Origin: Saccostrea cucullata
Taxonomy: Eukaryota
DNA length: 64,000 nucleotides
Assembly (NCBI RefSeq): GCF_032062105.1
Contig: NW_026927872.1
Coordinates: forward strand, 186,001 to 250,000
Direction: 5' to 3'
The notes beneath the pieces were generated by a model. It was given only the letters and a program-made list of their open reading frames with translations. It was not told the DNA's origin and ran no database searches. Positions 14,401-29,000 of this stretch are shown in pieces (position 1 is the first letter of the stretch; each line of letters starts with the position of its first letter). The position numbers were made by a program, and so were the translations under genes.

Positions 14401-16278
14401 AATGAAAAATTATTCAGGACAAGAGGCCCATGGGCTTTGAAGGTCACTTTAGTATCATTAGTTTCTTAGGCTATGATATTATTCTGGACTTGGACTCTAA
14501 ACTCTGTTATATGCATGAGACTTGAAATTTACGTGATCTAGCTGTTTCTTTAATTTGATCTACAGAAGTACGAGGGCTGTTCAATAAATAGTGTCCTCGG
14601 TGCTCAGAAAGAAGCAAAAGACGCTTTTGAATGATTTATTCTTCATGATTTTACTAATTAATCTCTTTTAAGTAAAATACATGTCCGTAAAATTTTTTAT
14701 CCAATTTCTGATTGTTTTTAGAACTCATTTTTGGGCATGACCCTCAGTATACTGGAAAATGGCACATCCAATGATTTCCCGGACTTGTTTCTTCCCTCTG
14801 AAAGGTGTTTTTTTCAAGTTTGGAAATAGAAACAAGTCAAAAGGTCAAAGATCTAGCGAATATTGTTAATGTGAAAAACCATTAACTTTCAGTTTATCCC
14901 GAAAACCCCTTAACTCTTCAGGGCATGCGGGTTTGGACGCTGTCTTGAAGAAATTCAATGTAATGGATTCCTGATTCTGGGTCCTTCCTCTAATAAACCT
15001 TTTGATTTTTTTTTGCAATAAACTGCTTTCTAGACCCCCTCAGAAATTAAACTGTCTCTCCGAATACGAATGTGACCAACAATACCACTAATTTTAAAGA
15101 AAATTACATATAAATCTGTCTTTCTGCTTTTGAATACCTATGCTTTTGTCAGACATTCGCCATTTTTATGTAGAACATCTTTTGGTAAATTTTATTTTGA
15201 GGGTTTTAATAAATAGATTCATGTTCCAATATCTGTTTGAAAATAAAACAAACGTGGATAACTAAAATTACCGATTTTTTAAAATAATTGTAAAGAATTT
15301 CGTATACACTGTCGTTTTCACTCATTTTTCAAAATATAGGGTGACCTTTGAGTACTAAGCTTTTTTACCGTCAAACGTTTCTTAAAAACACTGGAAACTA
15401 CTCCCGATGTGATGTCTATCAGATTTGCTATGTGTCTTAAAGTCAATCATACATCATGAAATATTATTTGTTGAAATTTGGCAACCAGTACATAAGTTGT
15501 TATAATTTTTGTTGGCAGGGAGGGTACCTGTTTTTGAAGCCTATTATATAATTTTTTATCATTGAAATCCAGCTGCTCTTTTGTCTATAAAACAGGCATT
15601 GATTGCTGTAAATGTCATATATTCCAGTGAATATTTCTTTGGGATTTTTAACAAGTTTTACGGTAGCTATAATGAAGCTTTTATTTTCACTCTAATTTTC
15701 TGATTCTTTACCATTCATTTATAATGCAGTGTCTCGAAAAGCCCTTGTTTCCGAGCTTCTCACGATGAAACTATGTGATGAAAAGTGGTCACATAAACTA
15801 TTATAAATTCATGAAAGATTAAATAATGAGAGAAAGTCAAGTTTAATGTCATATGATATCTGTAATGTATTTTATATAGTTCAGGACATTATTTATTGAA
15901 CAGCCCTCGTAAATACCAAAATTAGATGAAATTAGATTTTAAAACCATTTCAGAGTATATTGCTAGCTAGAAAATGTTCATATTATTTGGAGTTAAATAC
16001 CATGTATAAGCAAAATTTAATTTGGGCATTATTAGCCAGGGTGTTGAGATCTTTAAAATTGATTATTGCTAAAGATTAACTGCGTTTTAGTTGTAATAGC
16101 TTCTTTTAATGAGTAAACATTTTAAAATTACTTCTCGCTAAAAACTTATACAGTTTATCTGTTGGTATGTTTTTAGCTCACTTGAGCCAAAGGCTCAAGT
16201 GAGCTTTTCTGGTCAAGGTATGTCCGTTGTCTGTAGTCGTCGTTGTTGTCAACTTTTCACATTTTCAACTTCTTCTCA

Positions 16279-16309
<31 letters not shown>

Positions 16310-16310
16310 C

Positions 16311-16344
<34 letters not shown>

Positions 16345-17218
16345 CGTTCAAATGAAGGGCCATGCCCTCATTCAAGGGGAGATAATTGGGAATTAATGAA
16401 AATTTGGTGGTATGTTTTAAAAATCTTCTCAAGAATCACTGTGCCAGGATTGATGAAACTTATAGGGAAACATCCTCAGGTAGTGTAGATTCACTTTTGT
16501 TCAAATCATGACCCCCGGGGGTAGGGCGGGGCCACAATGGCCGACCAAAGTTTTACATAGAAATCTATAGGAAAATTCTTTGAAAATCTTCTTCTATAGA
16601 AAAATTCTTTGAATATCTTCTTCTCAAGAATAACAAAGCCATAATTCATCATATTTATATGGAAGCATCCTCAAGTAATGTAGATTCAAGTTTGTTCAAA
16701 TCATGACCCCCGGGGGTAGGGCGGGGCCACAATGGCCGACCAAAGTTTAACATAGAAATATATAGGAAAATTCTTTAAAAATCTTCTTCTCAAGAATAAC
16801 GTAGCCATAATTGATCATATTTATATGGAAGCATCCTCAGGTAGTGTAGATTCAAGTTTGTTCAAATCATGACCCCCGGGGGTAGGGCGGGGCCAAAATG
16901 GCCGATCAAATGTTTACATAGAAATATATAGGAATTAAAAAAAAAAAATCTTTTTCTCAAGAATTGCAAAGCCATAATTGATCATATTTATATGGAAGCA
17001 TCCTCAGGTCGTGTAGATTCACATTTGTTCAAATCATGACCCCTGGGGGTAGGGCGGAGCCACAATGGCCAATCAAAGTTTTGCATAGTTATATATATGG
17101 GAAAATTTTTTACAGATCATTTTCTCAAGAATAGCAAAGCCATGATTGGTCATGGGACTACTTTTGGATTTAAATTTTTCAATAATAAACCAATTTCTAC
17201 TTTTTCCTAGCCACAGTG

Positions 17219-17257
<39 letters not shown>

Positions 17258-20200
17258 TTAAATTCTATATCAATTTATGATAATATATATTTATGTCTTT
17301 GATTAACAAGAATGTTCTGATGCATAATACAGAAAGTGGATATAGATCTACTTTATCAATTTATTTATCAATTACCTTATTCATAACAATATTTTGTTGA
17401 TCCCAGATCATTTTGTTTCTCTTATGTAAGGTCCTCTGGCCTCTTGTAAAATACTTGGATTTGCTTTACTGAATTTGGGCAAAAACAGGGAAATAGAAGT
17501 AGATGTCTTAATTATCTTGATGACAATTTCAGTTCTGGAAATCACTTTCAGTTTGTATCCTTCTACTTTCAGTTTGTATCCCATCCCCACTGCCAGCAGT
17601 TATTGACGTCCATTTGGTACGAGGGTCTGCCTGGGTGGAGAAAGAGGAATGGCCTGACCAAGTTCCTGCTATGTATGGGGCTTATCCTGATCGGTCCATT
17701 CATGGCTGTATATTACCTGATCTTCCCGCGGAGCAAGATAGGACAACTCCTGCGGAGTCCATTTATGAAGTTTCTATATCACAGTGCCTCGTTTGGGGTG
17801 TTTCTGATTCTCCTGGTGCTCTGTTCTACAGACATCAGTAGTCCCAGCGATCGAGGAAACATACGGGGACCGCCACCCTCAGAACTCGAGTGGCTCATAT
17901 TCTTATGGGTGATGGGTCAGTGCAAATTCTTTCCAATTTATTATTCAACTGTATTTTAAAAATATAACAAAGTTTTGTTTTATGAAAGGTTGATTGTATT
18001 TTTAGGGTTTGTTTGGGCTGAGTGTAAACAGTTGTGGGAGGAAGGACTGAAGGCGTACACCAGACAATGGTGGAACTGGCTAGATTTCCTGATGCTATCG
18101 CTCTATATCGCTACGTTTTCTCTCCGACTTGTGGCGTACGTACAGATAGAATCAGGTAAATACGGAGACAGGGACATTCCCAGGAAGGACTGGCCCATCA
18201 TTGATCCTACCCTTCTAGCTGAGGGGCTGTTCGCAGTGGCCAATGTTTTTAGCTTCTCTCGTATCATATTCTTGGCTCAGGCTAATCAACATCTAGGACC
18301 CCTTCAGATCTCTTTGGGATGCATGTTGATTGACATTGGGAAATTTCTCTTCATTTTCTTCCTGGTGCTGACATCCTTTGCGTGTGGAATGACCCAGCTC
18401 TACTGGTACTACTATAACAGTCGTGTTCCAGAGGACCCAGTGGCATTTGTATCGTGAGTTTTATGCTCTTATTTCTTAAGTTCTCTTGTATCAGAATTGT
18501 ATTTCTGCCTTTTTTTAAAAAAAAAAGAAGAAATAATTTTAGCTGGGTAATTAGGGCCCCGCAAGGATTTGCGGGTGCCCTATAGTAATCACTCTGTCTG
18601 TCCGTCTGTCACTCTTCCGTCCACAAATTTTCTGTTTTTTTCTAATAACTTTTTTTATGGTTGCCCAATCAAGTTCAAATTTGGTATGGTAGTTCGGTAG
18701 GCAAAAATACATATTTTGATGCTAAGTTTGGTTCTCTATGTCTTCTGGTTTGGAGCTGGGGTGGTGGGGTAGATTCCTTAACTATGCATAAGAATGAATG
18801 GGCAACTTTTTTTTATGGTTGCCCAATCAAGTTCAAATTTGGTATGGTAGTTCAGTAGGCAGAAATACATATTTTGATGCTAAGTTTGGTTCTCTATGTC
18901 CCCTGGTTTGGAGCTGGGGTGGTGGGGTACATTCCTTAACTTTATATAAGAATGCATTGGCAAAGAGAGATAACTGCTGAAGATGTTCCCATTGTAAACT
19001 GAAAGCTGCTATATGAGTCCCTTGGGATTAATTAGCTTTCCTCCTGAAGAAAATCCAGAGCATTATCTTTATCTGTCACATTGAGATGAATTACCACCTC
19101 TGTCTGCAAATGAAGTTTGTTTTGAAGTTAAGTCAGTTTGGAATGCTATGAACACTCTGAAATGTGGATTTGAATATAAATTTTCATAATTTATTTTTGT
19201 TTAATAGTTATGATTTCATTGAATTCTAAAAACAAGAAATAGATTAAAGAAGATTTTTTGATTTACTTTTGTTACTTATGTTAATTCAAGAATATTATTA
19301 ATTTTTAAGGTAGTTGTATAAAAACCCCATTCTATCATTAATACTGAAAAAGTTCTTATTGTAACTTTAAAAGAAAATTATGAGAGAGGTACAATTAATC
19401 CCTTGGGATTAATTATCTAGCCTGCTGCAGAAAATTTAGTAGGCTTTTCTTTATCTGTCTTTAAGATTAATGAAAACCTTTGTCTGCAACTGCTGTTTGT
19501 TTGAAGTTAAGGTCAAGCCTTCATGATATTTGCATTCATTGAAGGCTGGATTTTATATAACACAAGCTTCATAATTGTTTAAATATACATTCAATGTTTA
19601 GTCATTCTTTACTGCCTAATGTAAGTTGAAGGATATTCTTTTCAGGTTTTTGAATGTTCAGGAATTATCTTGAAATTTTAAGAATACAGTTGCTGTTGCT
19701 TATTCTTCGTACATTTTTTAATCATTCCGTAAGCTGCACCCTTTTAATTCTACCCCATGGCGGGGCCCTTGCTGACTGGTCAGTTTTCTAGTTTTCTGTT
19801 GATACTTCCAGGCTGGGGGAGAGCTATGCGACATTATACTGGTCATTGTTTGGGATCACAACAAAGCATGACCTCAGAATCCAGAATGGTCAAAACTTTA
19901 CGGTGATGCTGGGCCGCTTGATGTTCATGTTATATCATTGTATGGCTATCATTGTACTCATTAACATGCTGATTGCCATGATGTCCAACTCTTTCCAAAA
20001 TATTGAGGTAAATACAAACATGAAATTTAGTCCTCAAACTTAACAGAAGAGCTTTGCCCAATCAGAAGCTCTTTACTTGCAGATATATTCTAAATAGAAA
20101 TTTTATTTTTTCAGAACCATGCTGATATGGAGTGGAAGTTTTCCCGTTCCAAGCTGTGGATGGGTTATTTTGACGAGGGCTCCACTCTTCCTTCTCCCTT

Positions 20201-23200
20201 TAACCTTATCATCAGCCCTAAATCTATCTACTATGCTGTCTGTTTTATCAAGGACCTGCTCAGTAGCTGCGTGCAGGACAAACAACATTTCCGTAGACCT
20301 AAGCGCCGTACCTCTGTGGGCAGTGTAAAGGTAGGGTAAACTATGTGATTAATGGTTTAGAATATTGGGACCCTCTCTAAGGTAGGGTAACCAACGGGAT
20401 TAACGGTTCAGAATATTGGGGCCCTCTCTGAAGTAGGGGTAGCCATTGTGATTAACGGTTCAGAATATTGGGACCCTCTTTGAGGTACATTTGAGCTTAG
20501 TGTAATCAATCTGTCATTTAAAGTGAGTTTTTTTAGAAAATGATTAATCAACATAAAGCTTGTGCAAGTCTACAAATATTGACAGTATTTTAACTCATTT
20601 AGTAGAGTAAATATTCATTTGTTTGAAAATTTTGTTTTATTTTTTCCTCCCTCCCTCATGGGTTTTGAAGTTTATAGGTGATGTTAAACAAAAAATTAAT
20701 TTACGCCAGCCTTAATGGTGATAACTTCGATTACATTTTTTTTTTCTAAATATTTTTGCCTTTGGGAAAGAAACAGGTTTTCTAAAACCAATTATCATTT
20801 TACACACCTTTTCAATGTTTGTTCAATTATACACAATTTGTTTTTTTTTTTATCCAAATCAAAACATGCTCATATATCAATGTTCTTTTCACCTGCTGTT
20901 TTATATTAATTAACATTACAGGGAGAATGGGAGAAAATGACACCAGGGATTAATATGACATAAACATTTACTTCATATAACAATTCTGTTAGACATCATT
21001 TTTTTAAAAACTTTTGATGGGTCATCTTTTCTTAAGGAAATTGATAAACACCTTAGGGTAAGAAATTACATAACAGAGTTCATTACAAGTTCAGTGCGAG
21101 CTTACATAAAATTAATAAGTCATTTTTATATGGCTCGCTTTAAATGAAGAGATGTAAGGTAGCTTGTTGATTTGTTGTCGTAAGGGCAACTGAGACAGTT
21201 TGACATTAAAAAGAAATGTTTTCACGAGAAGAGTGTCCTAAGGACAAATTTCCTTATGTTCTTTAAAGATCACAAGAAAATGAGAAAAAATATTATGTTA
21301 GCCTTCATCTCTTTAATATATTTTTTTTTTGGTTTGTGTAATTTTTCATTTGATTTTCTGTATATTGACAGTGTAGTCTATAAGTCTTTATAATATATCA
21401 TGTTAGCCTTCATCTCTTCAATTATCATTCTTATGTTTTGTTTATGTAATTTTTCCTTTGATTTTTCTCTATATTGACAGTGTAGTGAATAAGTCTTTAT
21501 AATATAAATAGAAGATGGATCATTGGCTAGTATTTATAATAAATACACCCATAGCGAGGTATATCTGACAACATCCAAAGCATCATTTGATCACTTCATT
21601 TGACATTTATTTGATGGACACCATTTTGGCCTTGGACATATAAAAAACAAAAAACAACTGGTAGTATAAAAAAATTAATGAGCAAGGTTTTGTATGTACT
21701 GCTAGAGTATAACTTCTGTTCCAAAATGTGCAATTATGAAATAGTCTTTTCTGATGATTGTAATTTTTTTTTTCGGGGGGGGGGGGTCAAGGAGTGTGCT
21801 CATATATATATTTAATTCTTTGCTGAAGCTTCTGAAAAGAATTTCATTGAGATTATTTTGAGATTTTACAAACCCTAGCTGCTTTCCAATAGCTGGACTC
21901 TCAAAGAATATTAGTTTTAGACAATGAATGCACCAAGTCTCCATATTGATATTTGAAAAGGACATTGAATGGTACTTATAAGAAGTTGGGGCTATTTTAC
22001 ACATAAAGTACACCTAGCCTCAAACTATTCCATTTTGCAACCATCATATTACCGAAATATTTTTTTTTTTAAATGCCTTTGAAACAACTGTAGAAATAAG
22101 CTTTACACTAATCATATAAAATTAAAATCTTTTAAAAATTTCATAAACATATTTTCAATTACTTTATGCAGGACAAACTTACAGCACTGATATAAATCTA
22201 TGTACATATAACTATTTGTAAATGACATGTGCAGTGGTGTTTGCCAATTTTTCAAAGTGATTATTTTTACACAATTAATAGGTTAAGGGGATATTTTCTC
22301 TTCAGTTTCAAAAAAAAAAAATTAATGGTTTTTTTCATTCAGAATTCTCCTACTTTTAATCCCCCTACCAGTTGGCCAAATCTCTGAAGATAAAGATATC
22401 ATACATGCACATAATTTTAAAAATTATCTCTTGTTTTCACTTTTAGCCTGTTCCAAGTCCAGTGCCGAGAAGAGAATTTATGGACATAAACTCAGTAAGT
22501 TAACAAACAAGACAGAGACATTGGTAATTAATTAATTTACTCAAGTATGTTCCTCTAGAAAATCCTAGTACATGTACATGTATTATAGTTTATTACATTT
22601 TCAACAGTGAAATACTGTAATTTATTCATTGAATAAAAATGATAACCTGGCTGTCACAGTGTGAAAGGATATCAAAATGATATCCTTTCACAGTGTGACA
22701 AATATCAGAAGTGCCGTAAAATTCTTGATTTACCTTCCCATAACGAAGAGTGTTGTAAAAATATTCCATGGACTGTTATAATATATGGAGAGAGTAAATA
22801 AACCATTCTGATAGAGAATAAGACTGCCAAAGTTCCCCCAAATATGTTGCTGAAATCCCTGTTTAGCCTACAATCTGTAACAATGTTTTCACTTTGAGCT
22901 CTGTGACGTCGCAACTGCTCAACTATGACGTCATGTTGTCTACGACTGTATTGCAAAAAGACGAATAGGCAAAGGGAAGGTCAAGGAAAATGTAATAAAC
23001 AGAAAATTCAATGTTTTGTAGTTGAATATGGAATTTATTTCACGAGTGAAGCAGGATTTTTTTATATTTTCACTCGTGCTTCGCACTCGTGAATATATAA
23101 AAAAAATCCTGTCCCACTCGTGAAATAAATTCCATATTCAACTACAAAACATTGAATATCCTCTATTTAAACTTATTTTCAGAAAGGAGCAGTGCAGATC

Positions 23201-23644
23201 TCAACCAGAATAAATATTAATTCTGAAAAACCACCAACAGAGGTGAGTGTTAATCTGTCTAGAAATTAGAATAGAAAGAACTGGTCAAAATGTCCATTTT
23301 ATTCACAGCAGCAGGAAGATGGGAAGATTTAAATTTTTTAATTTTTTTGTATGTCAGTTAATGTATGTATAATGTTTTTTTATATAAATATTGTAGGAAC
23401 ATCTTTTGTGTTCAACATAACATAAAAATAGCATTATAAATTGATGCATATTATAGCCTATGTAGTATAGTATGTTATAAGGTCACCTGGGTCACTCAGA
23501 TGACCTTTTTCTATTTCTTTTCATTCATTAGTATTTGAACATTTTCAGCTTTTCTCTGAAACTGCTGAACCAATTTTGAAAAATTTGGTATTTATAGAAT
23601 CATTTGGCAATTTGGACCAAAAATTATATTTTATATTGTCTGCC

Positions 23645-23677
<33 letters not shown>

Positions 23678-25820
23678 ACCTGCCTGAGAGGTAGGGTCAA
23701 TGCTCTCAGTATTTTTTTTTTTTTTTCTCTATTACCAAGCATTCAAACTGCAAGTATTATTATAATAAACATTGAGCCCTCTTCAAAATAATTTTGAAAA
23801 TCATGGCCCTTTAAAGGGGGAGGAAATAAGCACCTCCTTCAAATTTACCTGGTCTTAGAACCCCTGTCAATCATCTGAAATTAAGCCCGGGATTGGATAC
23901 TTTGATTTGATTGACATTCAGTTTGCTGCTGTTGTGTATATCTTGTGTACCTTGTCTGGAGATCGTACCGACCATCGAATTAACTTTCAGGCTTTTGATG
24001 CCTACCGCACATGTCAACGTGATAAAGAAGCAATCAAATCGTTCTTTTCTTTTTTAATTCATAAGAATATGCCATAAATATAATCCATCCATCAAATAAT
24101 TAAATAAATGACAAGAAAAATCATGGCTATATAATATATATTATAAATTTAATTTTAAAAGGGAGGATTTCATATCACGATTACAATCGATAATTTTAAT
24201 TTCCGTGTCAAAACATGAGTTAACGTACATTTATTCCTCCATTAATTAACAATTGAAAATAAACCAACCTGCGTTTGAAGCTAGTATCATGGAATTTAAA
24301 AATAAAATTTTTTTTTAAAACAAGTATGACAACATTGTAACATTGTTCATGAGTCAAGTGAATTTATATTTATAAGACAAACCTGTACGTGTCGCTTTTC
24401 TTCGAGACATGATGACGAAGTTACGGTATAATAATAAGTTTTAGAAGAGAAGTTACTTGGAATATAACATCTTGCTTTGTATTTGATGTTTGAAATTAAT
24501 AATGAATCTCGAAAGAAAAAAAAACGATGCAGATGATTCCATTCCCGTTTCATAGCTGTCGGGGAATCAACCCCGGTCCGGAGCCCTGGCCATTTTTACA
24601 GACCATGTGTTATGGAAAAATCAAGTAGGATTTAATGTATCTTAAAAAGATATTTATTTAGACAATAATATTTCTACTTCAACATTTTATTCTCAAAACA
24701 TCGTTTCTAAGTTTCATTGTTATTTACCGAGAGACTTTTATGATTCACTTTCTTCTTTTGTTTTGCGTAGAAGACATGTAATTTGAATTACTTCCCTTTT
24801 TGTAGCCAGATTACAAGGACAAATTTTGGTGCTAAATGTATTTTCGTTATAATACACTTCATTAAGAAACACACTGTATATAAAAAATGTCGAACTATTA
24901 AAAATATCAGTTATTTTAAAAGAAAGAAATTGAGAAGGATTCTGTCTGCAACAAAAAATGCTTTATTTCGCATTTCAATTCATGAGCTAAACATGAAAAA
25001 AACGGCCTCGGTTTACAAATTCGTAGGAAAACGCATACAGGTAATACACTCAGGAACATCCTGTGTATATAGGTAGTATACACAAGCCAGCGTCGTTCTC
25101 TCTGGGCTTCTCAGCCGCTTCGATTAAGCCCCACCCCACACCAAACTTACCTGAGGAAAACTGTACGGTTGAAAACCTCGGCCTTTAAGCAACATCTTCG
25201 TCTATCAGAGATTTTATTATTTTATAATCTCATTGATGATTTACAGAGATGCATTATACATAGGTGACCCTTAAGACCCATGGGCCTCTTGTTTAAGAAT
25301 ACCAGTAGGTCAATATTGATAGACGAGGAGTAATTTGAAGGCATTATGACTAGAGTAGTACATATGTATCAATTCCAATACACAGTGTTTAACAAAACCT
25401 GTAAATTAAATATTTAAAAAAAATGACTTTTAGATGGTTATCATCATTCCAATTAATGCACAATAGACTCAACAGTTCATTGGTATGTGTATAGACTTGT
25501 AGATAATTAATAGTCCCTGTCAATGAAATTTGAAGAAGTCATGTTGTCAGAATTGTCCTTTGAAAAATACCTCAAAGACCTTGCTAGGATTTCATGACAT
25601 ATTCAGAGAAAAATGTGTCCTTGTTTAGAGGAAAGTGATTAAAGTTTTACATGGGTGTGCATAAGGATGTGGGGTCTTGAATTACATGGGTAATTCGGCT
25701 GTCATTACCAAAATAGATGTCTTAATGCACAGCCAAGTCTCTACTTTAAAGACTACAAATACATTTTTCCCATGCATATTTTCCAATGCATGTTTTTTTT
25801 TTTTTAGCTCACCTGAGCCA

Positions 25821-25862
<42 letters not shown>

Positions 25863-25915
25863 TGTCGTCGTTGTCGTTGTTGTCGTCGTAAACTTTTCAC
25901 ATTAACATCTTCCTC

Positions 25916-25950
<35 letters not shown>

Positions 25951-25958
25951 TACAAAGT

Positions 25959-26004
<46 letters not shown>

Positions 26005-29000
26005 CCCTTTTCCAAGGGGAGATAATTATGAATTTGAGAAAAATTAATTCCATTTTTATAAAATCTTCTCAAAAACGACTGGACCAGGAAAGATGAAACT
26101 CATATGGAATCATCCTCAGGTAGTGTAAATTCAAATTTGTTCATATCATGACCCCCGGAGGTAGGGTGGGGCCAAAATGGCCGATCAAAGTTTTACATAG
26201 GAAATATAGGAAAAATCTTCTTTTCAAGAACCACAGGGCCAGGAAAGATGAAACTCATGTGGAATCATCCTCATATAGTGTAGATTCAAGTTTGTTCAAT
26301 TCATGACCCCCTAGGGTAGGGTGGGGCCAAAATGGCCGATCAAAGTTTTACCTAGGAGTATATAGGAAAAATCTTTTTAAAAATTCTTCTCTAGAACCAT
26401 TGAGACAGGAAAAATGAAACTCATGTGAAATTATAATCAGGGAGTGTAGATTTAAGTTTGTTCAAATCATGACCCCGGGGGGTAGGGTGGGGCCAAAATG
26501 GCCGATCAAAGTTTTACATAGAAATATATAGGAAAAATCTTTTAAAATCTTCTTCTCGAGAACCACTGGGCCAGGAAAGATGAAACTCATATGGAATCAT
26601 CCTCAGATAGTGTAGATTCAGATTTGTTCAAATCATGACCCCCGGGGATAGGGTGGGGCCAAAATGGCCGATCAAAATTTTACTTAGGAGTATATAGGAA
26701 AAATCTTTAAAAATCTTCTTCTCAAGAACCACAGGGCCAGGAAAGATGAAACTCATGTGGAATTATCCTCAGATAATTTAGATTCAAATTTGTTCAAATC
26801 ATGACCCCCGGGGGTAGGGTGGGGCCAAAATGGCTGATCAAAGTTTTACATAGGAATATATAGGAAAGATTCTTTAAAAATCTTCTTCTCAAGAACCACA
26901 GGGCCAGGAAAGATGAAACTCATGTGGAATCATCCTCATATAGTGTAGATTCAAGTTTGTTCAAATCATGACCCCTGGGGTAGGGTGGGGCCAAAATGGC
27001 CGATCAAAGTTTTACCTAGGAGTATATAGGAAAAATCTTTTTAAAAGATTCTTCTCTAGAACCATTGAGACAGGAAAAATGAAACTCGTGAAATTATCCT
27101 CAGGTAGTGTAGATTTAAGTTTGTTCAAATCATGACCCCCGGGGTAGGGTGGGGCCAAAATGGACGACCAAAAATTAATTCTCATAGGAATATATAGGGA
27201 AACCTTTTAAAATCTTCTTTTCAAGTACTTCAAAGCCATGATTAGTAATATTTATGTAGAATTATCCTCAGGTAGTGTAGATTCTAGTTCGTCCAAATCA
27301 TGATATGTCCTTTTTCCTAGCTGGTGTGCTCAGGTGAGCTGTGGCCCCTGGGCCTCTTGTTTTAATTTGGTTATTAATTACAATAATGAAGAGTTGCATT
27401 ATGTAATTTAATTTTAAAGTCAAAATCTGCTTTTTTGCAGTAGGTTGTCTCAATTAATTTATATTCGTTGTCTACTATTTTGTCATTTTAATTTGTTAAA
27501 TTTTAAGGAAAAAAAGAGTCAATTAATTAATTTGAAATGCCAAAAAATCTGTACTTTGAGGTTCAAAGAAAACATAAATCTGCCCATTTGTTATAAATTG
27601 AGGCTCTGTGTTCCACCAGGAACCAAGAGGAACCATGATGATTTGTTGTAAATTTCAAAAAATATTGATAAACTATAGTTACTTGAAATTTCTTTCAGGT
27701 GAAGTACCGCCCCCCTTTGAGTGCTCAGACCAGTGTCCGATCTAATGAAGAGAAGCATTACCAGGTAATGATGCTATATCACATGGTCTTAATAATGTCT
27801 TATACACAGATTGTTTGAGGACTGATAGCTGATGCCTGGAGGGGGTATTAAACCTTGACCAAAGGCCCCGTTTTTTTTAGGCCAGTAGCAGTAAAAGATT
27901 TTTCTACCAGGCTTTAAGTCTAGTACTATCCCAACCAAATACCCAAGTTTTAAAAAACCTGATCCAGGGAACTAGGTCTAGGTACTGTTCATGTTTGCAA
28001 GGAAATATTTATTCATTCATTTTTACAACCCTTTTCCCTTCCCATGCTAAGTCCCATATCTACCTCAAGGGAAGACTGTTGGTCATACATGTGTGGCGGT
28101 CAGCCGGATTCGATCGCCGGTGGCCAGATAGCTTTGTTGGTAGAGCAGCTGACCGGAGTTTCAGGGGGCCCAGGTTCGAATCCCGGTTTGGTCCACTGCA
28201 TTTTCTCCTCTCCCGTTTCACATGTATATAAAAATCTGTGAAAGTGGTTAACATCTAAGAAATCTATGCTTTACTGGTGACAGTCTAGGCCCGTGGGCTT
28301 CTTGCATATAGATTAAAATTGATGTCTTTAAAAAATTGAAAGGTCTTATCATTTTTATCTTAGGACATAATGCGGCGACTGGTCAGTCGGTACATTCATC
28401 AGTTTAAGAAGGACAAACAGTTGGATGGAGTAAATGAAGATGACTTGCTGGAAATCAAACAGGACATCTCCAGTCTGAGGTAACATCCAGAGCAGTATAT
28501 ACCCCCAGAGACTGATAATCAAGTGCAATATATACCCCCAGAGACTAATAATCGATAGTCATTGTGTCAAGACATGTTATTATACCTCATTATAAATATT
28601 CTACACAACGCGTTATCTGATTGGTTCTAGGTTATCATGTGATCGGGCCGTAAAACTTCATAATTCACGCAGCCGACAGCATGCTTTTCATCATATTCCA
28701 CCTCTTCGGAACACCTAGTGTATTTTCCTGCAATATAGTTCTCATTCGTTGAACGAAAACTCCCAAGAGTAGTAGACGTCACAATAGCCTAGTTTACGTC
28801 ACAAAATTGATGATTATGTGTTGACCAAAGGGTTTTATAGTAACTTTACGTAAAAAAATGAAAGCGAATTTGAGAGCGGTGCCGAATTTGAAAGTTTATG
28901 TTTATTTCAAAGGTTTCGCTTCTTCCAGTATAATAAACAATTCATTGCATGAATGTTCGGGAAACATGAAGACTTATTCAGCCAAGAAATATCATATTCC

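Noticed and set aside
20922-20963. Possible alternative terminal TRPC exon ([13 protein letters not shown])
   Set aside because: Only an AG and a short open frame; no independent support.
28121-28195. Functional tRNA genes here and at 7915-7988
   Set aside because: A/B boxes are present but the stems and anticodon arm are imperfect and embedded in repeat-like flanks; treated as tRNA-derived repeats.
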